Shown: piece by piece, positions 46,782-56,219 of the stretch
Layout: each line of letters begins with the position of its first letter
Position numbering within the stretch: the stretch's first letter is position 1
Assembly (NCBI GenBank): GCA_035285125.1
Contig: JAYKHR010000159.1
Location: 1 to 64,000 of the forward strand
Length of the DNA stretch: 64,000 bases
Direction: 5' to 3'
Source of the DNA: Candidatus Sericytochromatia bacterium
Lineage (GTDB): Bacteria > Cyanobacteriota > Sericytochromatia > S15B-MN24 > JAQBPE01
Translations under genes and position numbers: made by a program
Notes under the pieces: model-generated
The model's database searches: none
What the model was told of the DNA's origin: nothing
Seen by the model: only the letters and a program-made list of their open reading frames with translations

Positions 46782-47996
46782 TCAGCGGGTCAGGAGCAGC
46801 GAGAGGGGCTGGTGCCCGGAGGGCAGCTCGCGCAGGAGCTTCTTGTTGACGGGGTCGATCTCCAGCACGGCGTTGTAGCCCGTGGCCGTCACGTAGATCA
46901 GGCCAGTGGCAGGGTCCGTGACCACCAGCGAGGGGCTGGGGTGCACGCCGAGCGAGGCCTCGACCACCCCCCGCTCGGCGTCGATCACCTGCACCACCGG
47001 CGGCTTGGAGTGCAGGCACGTGACGTAGAGCCGGCGGCCATCAGGGCTCAGCGAGAGCCCGGTCGGGGCAGAGCCCGTCTCGATCCAGCGGGCGACGGCG
47101 CGGCGCTCGGTGTCGAAGACCGCGATCTGGTTGGTCGAGCGGTAGCCCACGTACAGGCTGCGCCCGTCGCGGCTGAACACGCCGTCGAAGGGAACGGTGT
47201 GCGACATCTCGATCGTGGCGAGCCGTTGGGCCATGGCCGCGTCGTGCACCGTGACCCAGCTGCGCTTCACGCCGAGCGGGGCGTCGTGCTGGAAGTCTTC
47301 CTTCTTGGCGGCCGGCAGGCCACCCTTCGCGTGCGGGTCGTAGGTCTTGTCCTCCGGTTCGAAACGGTGGAGCACCCAGATCTCGCCGCTACGCGGATGC
47401 ACCACCATGTTGGCAGGCGCGGCCTGAGGCGGCAGGTCGGGAAAGGTCACGGCGCGCACGGTTTTACCCGCATCCACGTCCAGCCACGTCACGGATCGCC
47501 GGCGCAACTCGTTGACCATGAGGTAGCGCCCCGAGGGGTCGAACGCGAGGGCGTTGGGCAAGCTGCCGATGGCAAACTGGTTGTGGCACTCATAACAGGA
47601 GGTGGCCTTCGCCAGGCGCCCGGGGGGCAGCTTGCGGTGCGCCGCGTTGTCGGGCACCTCGCCGACGAGGATGTCTTGCACCCGCCGCTCCGTCGCGACG
47701 TCGATGGCGGACACGCTCTGCGAGCCGACGTTCGACACCCAGATCCGCTTGCCGTCGGGCGACAGCGCCATGTTGTGCGGGAGGATGCCCGTCACGATGC
47801 CCTCCCGCCCCTTGCCGGTGGCGAGGTCGACGGCGTGGACGCCGCTGAGCACCCCCACCACGAAGAGCTTCTTGGCCGGTGGCACCGCGGCAGGCTGCTC
47901 GAGCCTGTGACGCTGCCAGAGGGCCCCACAGGCAGCCGCCACCACCGTCGCTGCGCCCAGGGCCCAGGCCGCCCGTCGTTCCAACCGCATGACCAC
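46782..47996 (-). CDS. YncE/YVTN-type beta-propeller with an inserted CxxCH heme-c motif
   Basis: N-terminal signal/anchor; G..PH.MALSPDGK..WVSN..S.SVSAID repeats; CYECH at 47597-47583. Confidence 0.78.
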   Translation of the reverse strand: MVMRLERRAAWALGAATVVAAACGALWQRHRLEQPAAVPPAKKLFVVGVLSGVHAVDLATGKGREGIVTGILPHNMALSPDGKRIWVSNVGSQSVSAIDVATERRVQDILVGEVPDNAAHRKLPPGRLAKATSCYECHNQFAIGSLPNALAFDPSGRYLMVNELRRRSVTWLDVDAGKTVRAVTFPDLPPQAAPANMVVHPRSGEIWVLHRFEPEDKTYDPHAKGGLPAAKKEDFQHDAPLGVKRSWVTVHDAAMAQRLATIEMSHTVPFDGVFSRDGRSLYVGYRSTNQIAVFDTERRAVARWIETGSAPTGLSLSPDGRRLYVTCLHSKPPVVQVIDAERGVVEASLGVHPSPSLVVTDPATGLIYVTATGYNAVLEIDPVNKKLLRELPSGHQPLSLLLTR

Positions 47997-48014
47997 GTTC
48001 CCCCAAATGCGAAA

Positions 48015-48040
48015 GGGAGCGGGCCCAGCGGCCCGCTCCC
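48015..48040 (-). terminator. Intrinsic terminator-like hairpin
   Basis: 11-bp perfect stem GGGAGCGGGCC/GGCCCGCTCCC with a 4-nt loop, followed by TTT on the minus strand. Confidence 0.6.
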
Positions 48041-48056
48041 CCGAGTTTACCGGATC

Positions 48057-50516
48057 TTACTTGACGGCGACGAACTGCACCGGCGCCTCGATGACGGCCG
48101 TGCCACCAGGCCGCACGTTGGCCGTGGGCATCCCGCCCTGCGGCTCGAACCGGAAGATGGCGTTCTGCAGGCTGATGAGCTCGAAGTTGGTGAAGTTGTC
48201 GCCCGAGTCGCGGCCGAAGACCAGGGTGCGGTCAGGGCTGAAGGTGACATTTTCCGTGACCTCGCGGCCGTCGACGCGGTACTTGAGGGCGAACTGCTCG
48301 GCGCTGTTGGCCGTCGGGTCGAAGTCGCCCGTGAGGCGCAGCCGGACGCGGGCATCCGTGTCGACCACGAGGTTGAAGCCCCCCGTGCCGAAGGCATCGA
48401 AGAAAGAGGCCCCGGAGACGCGGGTCAGGGCATTGAAGTACGGGATGGTGAAGCGGCCGTCCGCCCCGGTGGTCTTGGTGGTGGCGCCGTAGAAGTCCGC
48501 GTTGTGGCTGACGGTCGCCCCGACCAGCGGCCGGCCGTTCAGCGCCGTGTTGGAGCTCCGCTCCGTGACCAATCCGGTGTTGGCGGGCCTGTTGTAAACC
48601 CGCAAGCCGAGCCCATCCTGGCCGCCCGGACGCAGGGATGCCGTGGGCAGAGAGGCCTCAGGCACATACACGAAGGTCGGGTTGGACAGGCCCACGAGTT
48701 CGAAGTTGTTCTGGTTGTCGCGTGCGTCCCGGCTGAAGGTCCAGAAGCGCATTCCGGGGAAGGTCACGTTCTCGGACCGCAGGACCCCGTCGATGCGGTA
48801 GTCGAGGCGGAAGACCTCACCGTAGTTGTTCCGGGAGAAGTCCGGGCCAGCCGGCCCGATGGCGAGTCGGGAATCGGTGTTGATCGACATGTCCCAGCCA
48901 GCCGACGAGGCCCCGGCGTCGAAGAAGTCAGCCCCCCAGATGCCGGGGGCGGCAGAGTTGTGCCACATCGGAATGGTGAAGGCGCCCGAGCCGTCCGTGG
49001 TCTTGGTGCTGCCGCCGAAGAAGTCTTGGTCGTGCTGCACGGTGGCCCCGGCGAGCGGTCGGCCGTTCAGGGCCGAGTTGGAGCTGGCCTCCCTCACCCG
49101 GCCCGCGAAGTTCAGGCCGTAGACGTTCTCGGTCCGCGAGCGGTTCTCGAGGCGCGTCCGCGTCACCCAGCGGCTCACGTCCTCCCAGACCTGCACCGTG
49201 TCCCAAACGGTGCGCTCCCGCCACTCGCCCCGCCGGACGTTGCGCGTCACGGTGCGCGTGCGCCAGCCGTTGCCTGGGTTGTAGCGTTCCTGGACCTGGA
49301 TCCGCTCATTCCAGGTCACGTACTCGCGCACGGTGCGCGGCACGCGGCGTGCCACCTGGATGCGGTCCCAGACCTGCTCCTGGTAGCTGACGGACTCCTG
49401 CCAGTTGATGGTGTTGGTGGTCGAGACGTGGGAGCCCGTGGAAACGGTCTGCAGCAGGTTGAAAAAGTTGGGCACCGTGCCCCGGCTGTGCATGGTGTAA
49501 ACCGTCCAGGCCGTGCCGTCCGCGTCGCGCTCGAGGCGCGCCGTGGCGGGGTTGACCCACAGGCCGATGCCCCGGTCGAAGTCATAGCAGGGCTGCTGGA
49601 GGGTCGCCGGGTTGTTGAAGTCGATGTTGTCGCCCGCGAGCTTGAGGGCCTCCGGGTTGATGCGCATGCGCAGCTCGAGTTGCTGGCCGGGCGCGATCTT
49701 CGCCGTCTCGAGGTCGACGAGCGTGAACGACAGCGGCGGGATGGTGAACTCCTCGTCAGCCTGACCGCCGTCGGCCATGGCCCGCGTCAGCAGGGGGCCA
49801 GGCAGCTCGCCGTGGGCATAGGGAAACGCGTCGCTCGGCATCGGGTCCATCCACGTCAGGCGCACGTTGCTGTCACCCGTGAGGGCCCCGGGGGGCACGC
49901 GGAGCTGGGCCTTGCCGTCGGAGCTGACGGCGACGCCGCCCATCGAGGCGATGATGGGCGTCACCTTGGCGTCGAGCGGCTTCACCGTGACCTCGACCTC
50001 CCGGGTGTCACCCTCCTTGAGGCTGACCATCACCTGCCGATCGAGGAAGCCCGGCTTCGAGAAGTCGAGGCGCAGCTCGTTGCGCGAGTAGACGCCGAGC
50101 GAGAACCGCCCGTCCGCGTCGGTGAAGGTGCGCACGCCCTCGTAACCGTTGACCTGGAGGTCGGTGACGGGGTTTCCAGCAACGTCCACCACCCGACCCT
50201 TGACCGTCGCGTCTGGCTTGAAGGTTGGTGCGGCCTGCTGTGCGCCGGCCGCCGCCCCAGCGGCGTCGCCACCTGCCCCGGTTGCTCCGGCCACCGCGCC
50301 CGAGGTCGCGGCGCCGCCGGACTGGTCTGGGGACGTTGCAGCCCCCGCGCCCGGCGCGCCCCCGGTCTGGCCGGGCAGGCCGCCGTTGCGACGGCCGCCT
50401 CCGCTCATTTCGTCCAACGTGGCGTTCGGCAAGCTCTGGCAGCCCACGAAGGCCAGGCCCATGCTCGCGATGAGGGCCCCGTGGATGGCGTTGTGGATCT
50501 GCGACTTCCTACGCAT
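48057..50516 (-). CDS. Large lipoprotein with carboxypeptidase-regulatory-like domains, a long beta-hairpin insert and a 176-aa C-terminal duplication
   Basis: ATG 50516 after GAGGGGAGG; lipobox FVGC; G/A linker; VKGRVVD.AG.PV...TDADGRF; ZU5-like L.VPPGAL segment. Confidence 0.75.
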   Translation of the reverse strand: MRRKSQIHNAIHGALIASMGLAFVGCQSLPNATLDEMSGGGRRNGGLPGQTGGAPGAGAATSPDQSGGAATSGAVAGATGAGGDAAGAAAGAQQAAPTFKPDATVKGRVVDVAGNPVTDLQVNGYEGVRTFTDADGRFSLGVYSRNELRLDFSKPGFLDRQVMVSLKEGDTREVEVTVKPLDAKVTPIIASMGGVAVSSDGKAQLRVPPGALTGDSNVRLTWMDPMPSDAFPYAHGELPGPLLTRAMADGGQADEEFTIPPLSFTLVDLETAKIAPGQQLELRMRINPEALKLAGDNIDFNNPATLQQPCYDFDRGIGLWVNPATARLERDADGTAWTVYTMHSRGTVPNFFNLLQTVSTGSHVSTTNTINWQESVSYQEQVWDRIQVARRVPRTVREYVTWNERIQVQERYNPGNGWRTRTVTRNVRRGEWRERTVWDTVQVWEDVSRWVTRTRLENRSRTENVYGLNFAGRVREASSNSALNGRPLAGATVQHDQDFFGGSTKTTDGSGAFTIPMWHNSAAPGIWGADFFDAGASSAGWDMSINTDSRLAIGPAGPDFSRNNYGEVFRLDYRIDGVLRSENVTFPGMRFWTFSRDARDNQNNFELVGLSNPTFVYVPEASLPTASLRPGGQDGLGLRVYNRPANTGLVTERSSNTALNGRPLVGATVSHNADFYGATTKTTGADGRFTIPYFNALTRVSGASFFDAFGTGGFNLVVDTDARVRLRLTGDFDPTANSAEQFALKYRVDGREVTENVTFSPDRTLVFGRDSGDNFTNFELISLQNAIFRFEPQGGMPTANVRPGGTAVIEAPVQFVAVK

Positions 50517-50730
50517 GGTCCCCTCCCCTCGCCCCACCGCATCGAAGCGGTGCAGGGCACTCCCGATTCCAAAAAGACGCGAGGCCCGAGGTTTGTGCCC
50601 CCGCAACCTGAAAACAACACTGAAGCGTCTACTAAATAGACTACCCAGGTCCGAATCATTTCCGCGATTAAGTTATGGTTATCGTGGCCGGCCGGGCGCA
50701 GGAGCCACCGTCCCGGCACCGGAGAACGGC

Positions 50731-51591
50731 TCAGGCCAGCCTTCTTGCCAGCACCACGCGGCTGATTCCCGCGAGATCGTGCTTCACCACGGGCGGCGCC
50801 CAGGCACCTGAGGCGGCCAGCAGGGCCACGACGTCCTCGGCCTGCCCGGCGCCGACCTCCAGGGCCAGCCAGCCGTCAGGCTCCACCCAGGCAGCCCCTT
50901 CCTTTGCGAACAGGCGGTACCAGCGCAGCGGGTCCGGACCTGGGGTCAGCGCGGCAATGGGCTCGTAGTCTCGGACCTCCGGCTCCAGGCCCGCCATCTC
51001 CCCTTCAGCGATGTAGGGGGGGTTGCTGATCAGGTAGCGCACGGGCCGGTCGAGCGCGGCGAGGCCGTCCCCCTGCCGGAAGTCGATCTGAGACGCCACG
51101 TCATGCCGGGCCGCGTTGCTGCGCGCGACGGCGAGCGCCTCGGGCGAGATGTCGGTGGCAACCAGGCGCGTGTAGGGCAACGACTTGGCCAGGCTCACGG
51201 CGATGGCGCCGCTGCCGGTGCCAATGTCCGCAGCCGTGATCGGGGTAGGCGCGCCCCGCTCCTCCTCGAGATCGAGGATGGCCTCGACCAGGGTCTCCGT
51301 GTCGGGCCGCGGGATCAGCACGGCGGGTGTGACGTCGAACGCGAGGCCGAGGAACTCCGTCTCGCCCAAGATGTACTGCAGGGGCTCCCGACGAAGCCTG
51401 CGGGCGAGGAGGGTCTGAAACGCCTCCCAATCTTGCGGGGGCAGTTCGTCTGCCGTCCGGTTGATCAGCCGCAGGCGATCGAGGCCCGTGGCACGCCCCA
51501 GCAGGAGCGAGGCCTCCAGCGACCCGGTGTCGACACCTGCGTCGAGGAGTTGCCGAGAAGACTGGTACAGGGCGTCGCCGATGGTGGGCAA
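50731..51591 (-). CDS. prmC: Release factor glutamine methyltransferase
   Basis: RR...EPLQYILG, VLIPRPDTE, DIGTGSG, SNPPY; directly downstream of prfA. Confidence 0.95.
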   Translation of the reverse strand: MPTIGDALYQSSRQLLDAGVDTGSLEASLLLGRATGLDRLRLINRTADELPPQDWEAFQTLLARRLRREPLQYILGETEFLGLAFDVTPAVLIPRPDTETLVEAILDLEEERGAPTPITAADIGTGSGAIAVSLAKSLPYTRLVATDISPEALAVARSNAARHDVASQIDFRQGDGLAALDRPVRYLISNPPYIAEGEMAGLEPEVRDYEPIAALTPGPDPLRWYRLFAKEGAAWVEPDGWLALEVGAGQAEDVVALLAASGAWAPPVVKHDLAGISRVVLARRLA

Positions 51592-51708
51592 GCGTCGGAC
51601 CTCGTGCGGAGAGAATGCCTGGGAACGTCGCGCGTCTTGTACCCGCCCATCCGGCGCTGGCCGCGCATTGATTCAGGAAGGTGCGAGCGCCAGCTTCCGA
51701 ATCGACCC

Positions 51709-52788
51709 TCAGGCAGACTGGGCCGTCATCTTCTCCAGGCGGGCCTGCTGATCGAAGGCGATGAGGGCGCCGAGCAGCTCGTCGAGATCGCCGCCGACGA
51801 TCTGGTCGAGCTTGTGCAACGTCACCTTGATGCGGTGATCCGTCACGCGGTTCTCGGGGAAGTTGTAGGTCCGGATCCGCTCGGACCGGTCCCCCGTGCC
51901 CACCTGGCTGCGTCGGAGGTCCGACCGCTCGGCATCCTGTTTCTCGTTCATGGCCGCGAGCAGCTTGGTGCGCAGCATCGCCATGGCCTTCATGCGGTTT
52001 TGCAGCTGCGAGCGTTCCTCTTGGCAAGCCACCACGACCCCGGTGGGCATGTGGGTGATGCGCACGGCCGTCTCGACCTTGTTCACGTTCTGGCCGCCGG
52101 CGCCACCGGAGCGGAAGGTGTCGATCTGGAGGTCCTTCGCGTTGATCTCGAGGTCCACCTCCTCGGCCTCCGGCATGATCGCCACCGTGGCCGTGGAGGT
52201 GTGAATGCGCCCCTGCGCCTCGGTGACGGGCACCCGCTGCACCCGGTGCACGCCAGACTCGTATTTCATCTGGCGGTAAACGCCTTCGCCCTTCACCGAG
52301 AGCACGGCCTCGCGCACGCCCCCGAGCTCGGTCTCGTTCAGCGACATGAGCTCGACGCGCCACCCTCGCCTGTCCGCATAGCGCGTGTACATCCGGAGCA
52401 GATCCGCCGCAAACAGGTTCGACTCGTCGCCACCGGCCCCTCCACGGATCTCGAGCAAGATGTTCTTGTCGTCATCCGGGTCCCGGGGCAGCAGCAGGAC
52501 CTGCAGGCGTTCGTCGAGCTCCACCTCACGCGCCGTCAGGGTCTCAACCTCGTGCGCGGCCATCTCGCGCAACTCGAGGTCCGACTCGGTCTGAAGCATC
52601 GCCTTGGCGTCTTTCAGCTCGTGGCTCACGCGCCGCCACTCGTGGTAGGTGGTCACGGTCTCCTCGAGTTCGGCGCGAGCGCGGGCGAACTTCATGAGGC
52701 GCTCCTGATCGGCCAGCACGGCCGGATCGCTCAACAGCTCAGTGAGCTCGTTGAACTTGTGCTCGACCTCTCGCAGCTTGGCTTCCAT
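51709..52788 (-). CDS. prfA: Peptide chain release factor 1
   Basis: [13 protein letters not shown] (PxT motif of RF1), [22 protein letters not shown]. Confidence 0.97.
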   Translation of the reverse strand: MEAKLREVEHKFNELTELLSDPAVLADQERLMKFARARAELEETVTTYHEWRRVSHELKDAKAMLQTESDLELREMAAHEVETLTAREVELDERLQVLLLPRDPDDDKNILLEIRGGAGGDESNLFAADLLRMYTRYADRRGWRVELMSLNETELGGVREAVLSVKGEGVYRQMKYESGVHRVQRVPVTEAQGRIHTSTATVAIMPEAEEVDLEINAKDLQIDTFRSGGAGGQNVNKVETAVRITHMPTGVVVACQEERSQLQNRMKAMAMLRTKLLAAMNEKQDAERSDLRRSQVGTGDRSERIRTYNFPENRVTDHRIKVTLHKLDQIVGGDLDELLGALIAFDQQARLEKMTAQSA

Positions 52789-52854
52789 CGTGGCTCCTGG
52801 CGGACGCGGTGCGCCCCTCATGCTACCACGGCGCCGCGCCCGGCGCCGCGCCGC

Positions 52855-53778
52855 TCAGGCGGAGCCGTAGCGCGCCGGCACGGCTTCGATGAGGCGTTTC
52901 TCAAGGTACACGAGCACCCGCTCCTGGCGGAGGCCGTGGCGCGCAGGATCGAAGGCCAGCCGGCCGCTGTCGTCGGTTCGCGCCGTCAGCCAGACGCGCG
53001 GGTGCCCGAGCACCTCGGTGCAGTGCCACAGGACGTGCGCCAGCAGGGCCGTGCCGACGCGACGTCCCCGGAACGCGGGCAGCACGCCGAAGTGCGTGAG
53101 TTCGGCGCCTTCGCCCCCGTGGACGCGGAGCTCGGCGAAGCCCAGGTAGCTCGTGCCGGCACGGGCTGCGAACAGGAGGACGTCCGGCCGCTGCAGGTGC
53201 TCGAAGACCTGCGGCCGCGTCCAGGCCAGGCGCTCTCGCCAGCCGAGGTCCGCGCCGATCTCCCCGTACAGCTGAATGTAATCGCTGGAGAGCATGTCGG
53301 GGCTCTGGCCGATCCGGAGCCCGTCGGGGCATTCAGGCGGCGAGAGCTGGCCCGGGCGCGCGGCCAGCAGGTGCTCGCGGGTGCCCTGAAGCCGAAACCC
53401 GTGATTGAGGAAGAAGCCCATGGCGTGGTCCTCCCCGAGGTCCAGCTTCACCAGGAGCGTGCCGAGTTGCTCGGCCTCGCACCAGACCAAGGCGGCCTTG
53501 AGCATAGACTTGCCGAAGAGGTCCGCCAGCTGATCGGCCGACAGCAGGGGCCCGAGCAGCAGGGGGTCGTCTCCCCGCTCATCGATGGCGATCAGCCCGA
53601 CGACGGTGTCAGGGCCAGTCTCTGCGACGAACACCGACAGCCCCTCGGCGCGCACGAGCAGGTCCTCGACAGCGAGCGGCGGCGGCAGCCGCAGCCACGG
53701 CGGCCGGGTATCCGCGGCGAAACGCGCGAGGAGGGTGGCGCCGTCGGCTGGCTGGTAAGGGCGGACGAGCAGGGGCAT
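52855..53778 (-). CDS. Tandem-domain GNAT acetyltransferase
   Basis: Start MPLLVRPY; C-terminal motif A FGVLPAFRGRRVGTALL; degenerate N-terminal GNAT (A.GFF..HGF). Confidence 0.8.
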   Translation of the reverse strand: MPLLVRPYQPADGATLLARFAADTRPPWLRLPPPLAVEDLLVRAEGLSVFVAETGPDTVVGLIAIDERGDDPLLLGPLLSADQLADLFGKSMLKAALVWCEAEQLGTLLVKLDLGEDHAMGFFLNHGFRLQGTREHLLAARPGQLSPPECPDGLRIGQSPDMLSSDYIQLYGEIGADLGWRERLAWTRPQVFEHLQRPDVLLFAARAGTSYLGFAELRVHGGEGAELTHFGVLPAFRGRRVGTALLAHVLWHCTEVLGHPRVWLTARTDDSGRLAFDPARHGLRQERVLVYLEKRLIEAVPARYGSA

Positions 53779-53895
53779 GCGCGGGGGACTTTCGGGTTGA
53801 TGGTAGCACACCCACCCCACGTGGGCGGCCTCCGTGGTAAGTTGGGCTAGCCCCCCCGCCGCCGGGGCCTTCTCGGGGCCGGGCATGGAGGACGA

Positions 53896-55344
53896 ATGGC
53901 CGCTTCGCTCGCCACCCCCCTGATCGCCCCGGGCATCACCCTGCCCCTGGGCACCGCCCTTGCGGCTGGTGCAGGGGGCTTCCTGGCCTGGCGGGCCGGC
54001 CTGACGCCGCCAGGCCAGCGCCCGACGGCCTGGGCGCTCGGGCTGCTCGGGGCGCTGGTCGTCGCGGTGGCGGCCCTGGCCTGGGCCTCGTTCGGCGCTG
54101 GGCGGGCCTGGGCCCCGGCAACCGGGGCGCTCGGCGGGGCCGGGCTCGCCCTCGTCGCCGGGGTGCTGGCCGCCCCGCAGGGCCTCGGCACCCGGCTGGC
54201 CGTGCTCCTGCTCGGGGCGGCGGGCGTCGGGGCAGCGGCCCTGACCCTGCCACCGGGCGTCGACCTGGCGAACGCCCTGCTCGGCGGAATGGCCGCCCAC
54301 GCCCTTGGCCGCCTGTTGCTGGACGCGACGGGCGCCAGCGCGGCGGGAGCGGGCGAGGTGGGGACCCTTGGCCTGCTGGCGGGGCTCGTCGCCTGGGGCG
54401 ATCGTCTCGTGGCAGACGGCACGCTGGGCGCGCCTCTGGCTGTCTGGTGGGGGTTGGCCCTCGCCAGCGCCGCCGCCGTCGCGGTGCGTGGCGTGCCAAG
54501 GCACCCGGGGCCAGCAGCCGCAGGCCTGGTGGCCGTCGTGGCCTGGCTCCTGATGGGCGGGCTGCTTCACCTGCCGACGGCCTGGTGGGGCTGCGCCGCG
54601 CTGGGGGCGGCCGTGGGGGTCGCCCTGGCGCTCGGGCTTGCCGTGCAGGGTTCCTGGGAGCGCCTTGCGCGGGTGGTGGCGGTGGCAGCCGCCGGGCTAC
54701 TGATGGTGCTCGACAGCCGGCTCGCAGGCATCGTCGGCGTCGCGCTCGGCGGCCTCGGCCTCGCCTGCGTGGCGGCGGCGCTCCCGGCCTCGCACCGCGC
54801 CCGCAGCTGGCTGGCGCTGACAGCCGCCATCTTCGCGACGCGCGTGTGGCTGCAGCTGTTCCTCGATCGCGTCGCGCTGACGGGCTATGGGGTGGACCTG
54901 ACCCACCCCTACGCCACGGCGGCCCTGCTGGCGGGGGCGCTCTTTCCCGCCCTGCTCGCGGCGTCAACGCGCGCCTGGTGGGGGCGCCCCCCCGCAGCCG
55001 GGGCGGCGCTGGCCGTGAGCGGCGCGGCTCCGGCCCTCATCGGCTACTTCCTGCACCTCGAGGCCCTCGGTGCGTGGCTGATGGGCCTCGTCGCGGCGAT
55101 GTTCGTGGGCGTGCTCGCGGAGGGCAGGGGCGAGGAGGCCGACGAGGCCCCCGGCCTGATGCCCAGCGTGCTGGTCGCTCAGGTCGCCGTATCGTTGCTC
55201 GCTGCACCTTGGCTCGTCACGGTCATGAACGTCACGCGGGGGGAGCGGCTGGTCGCCCTCGCCGGGCTGACGGTCGCAGTGGCCGCCACGATCGCCCTGG
55301 CCTGGCCGCGCCAGGCGGCCTCGCCCCCGCCAGCAGCAGGGTGA
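53896..55344 (+). CDS. Polytopic membrane protein of unknown function
   Basis: RBS GGAGG; many hydrophobic Ala/Leu/Gly helices; conserved-looking loop TGYGVDLTHPY. Confidence 0.65.
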   Translation: MAASLATPLIAPGITLPLGTALAAGAGGFLAWRAGLTPPGQRPTAWALGLLGALVVAVAALAWASFGAGRAWAPATGALGGAGLALVAGVLAAPQGLGTRLAVLLLGAAGVGAAALTLPPGVDLANALLGGMAAHALGRLLLDATGASAAGAGEVGTLGLLAGLVAWGDRLVADGTLGAPLAVWWGLALASAAAVAVRGVPRHPGPAAAGLVAVVAWLLMGGLLHLPTAWWGCAALGAAVGVALALGLAVQGSWERLARVVAVAAAGLLMVLDSRLAGIVGVALGGLGLACVAAALPASHRARSWLALTAAIFATRVWLQLFLDRVALTGYGVDLTHPYATAALLAGALFPALLAASTRAWWGRPPAAGAALAVSGAAPALIGYFLHLEALGAWLMGLVAAMFVGVLAEGRGEEADEAPGLMPSVLVAQVAVSLLAAPWLVTVMNVTRGERLVALAGLTVAVAATIALAWPRQAASPPPAAG

Positions 55345-56219
55345 TTCCCGCGGTTCCGCCGGGCCTCGCGGCCTTCGCCGCGGACTGCGAGCGCCTCGCC
55401 CCTGGGGGCACCGCGGCCGTGGTGGCCGTGGAGGCCGGGACAGGGCGCCTGCGGGCCCTGGTGAACCCTGGCCGGGCCGCCGAGGCGACGCCGGCCGGCT
55501 CAGCCTTCAAGCTCGTGACGGGGCTGGCAGGCCTGGAGGCCCACCTCGACAGGCCAGCCACGCCGTGTCGGAGCGCGTGGCGCCCCCCTGGCGCCCCGCA
55601 GGGTGCGACCGTCCACCGCTGCTGGCGGCCGGAGGGGCACGGCCAGCTGGAGCTGGAGGACGCGCTCGCGCGGTCCTGCAACGTGTACTTCCTGGCGCTC
55701 GGGCATCGCCTGGGCGCCGCACGCCTCGGGCGCGCCGCCCTGGCGTGCGGCCTCGGCCCGGGACCGGCCCGGGGCGGGCCCCTGCCGGAGCACGCCGTGG
55801 GCGAGGGCCGGGGCTGGTGGATGTCCCCGTTCCAGGGTGCAGCCCTGGCGGCGGCGATCGCCACAGATGGCCCCCTGCGGCGCCCAGGTTGGCTCGAGGC
55901 CCCCACCACCGGCTCCCGGCCGGCCAGCCCGACCACGCTCGCCCGGCTCAGGGCCGGCATGCGCCGGGCGGTGCTGGCCGGCACGGCCCGCCAGGCCGCG
56001 GTGCCGGGCCTGGATGTGGGTGGCAAGACGGGCACCGCCGGTCACCTGGACGGCTCGGGCAAGACCTGGGGCTGGTTCCTCGGCTTTGCCGGGTCGCGCG
56101 GCCCCCAGCGGCGCGTGCTGGCCCTCGCCGTCCGGCTGGACGGGACCAACGGGGGGGGCGGAGCGGCCCCGTTGGCGCGCCGCGTGCTGCTGGCCTGGCA
56201 GGCCCGCGGGTGTCCATGA
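55341..56219 (+). CDS. Penicillin-binding transpeptidase-domain-only protein
   Basis: GSAFK (SxxK), SCNVYF (SxN), GKTGTA (KTG), WFLGFA; GTGA overlap with the upstream gene. Confidence 0.8.
   Translation: MIPAVPPGLAAFAADCERLAPGGTAAVVAVEAGTGRLRALVNPGRAAEATPAGSAFKLVTGLAGLEAHLDRPATPCRSAWRPPGAPQGATVHRCWRPEGHGQLELEDALARSCNVYFLALGHRLGAARLGRAALACGLGPGPARGGPLPEHAVGEGRGWWMSPFQGAALAAAIATDGPLRRPGWLEAPTTGSRPASPTTLARLRAGMRRAVLAGTARQAAVPGLDVGGKTGTAGHLDGSGKTWGWFLGFAGSRGPQRRVLALAVRLDGTNGGGGAAPLARRVLLAWQARGCP

Noticed and set aside
49119..49430. Beta-hairpin as a classic membrane-inserting pore-forming segment
   Set aside because: Both faces are rich in Arg and Glu with no continuous hydrophobic face near the tip; retained only as a soluble stalk hypothesis.
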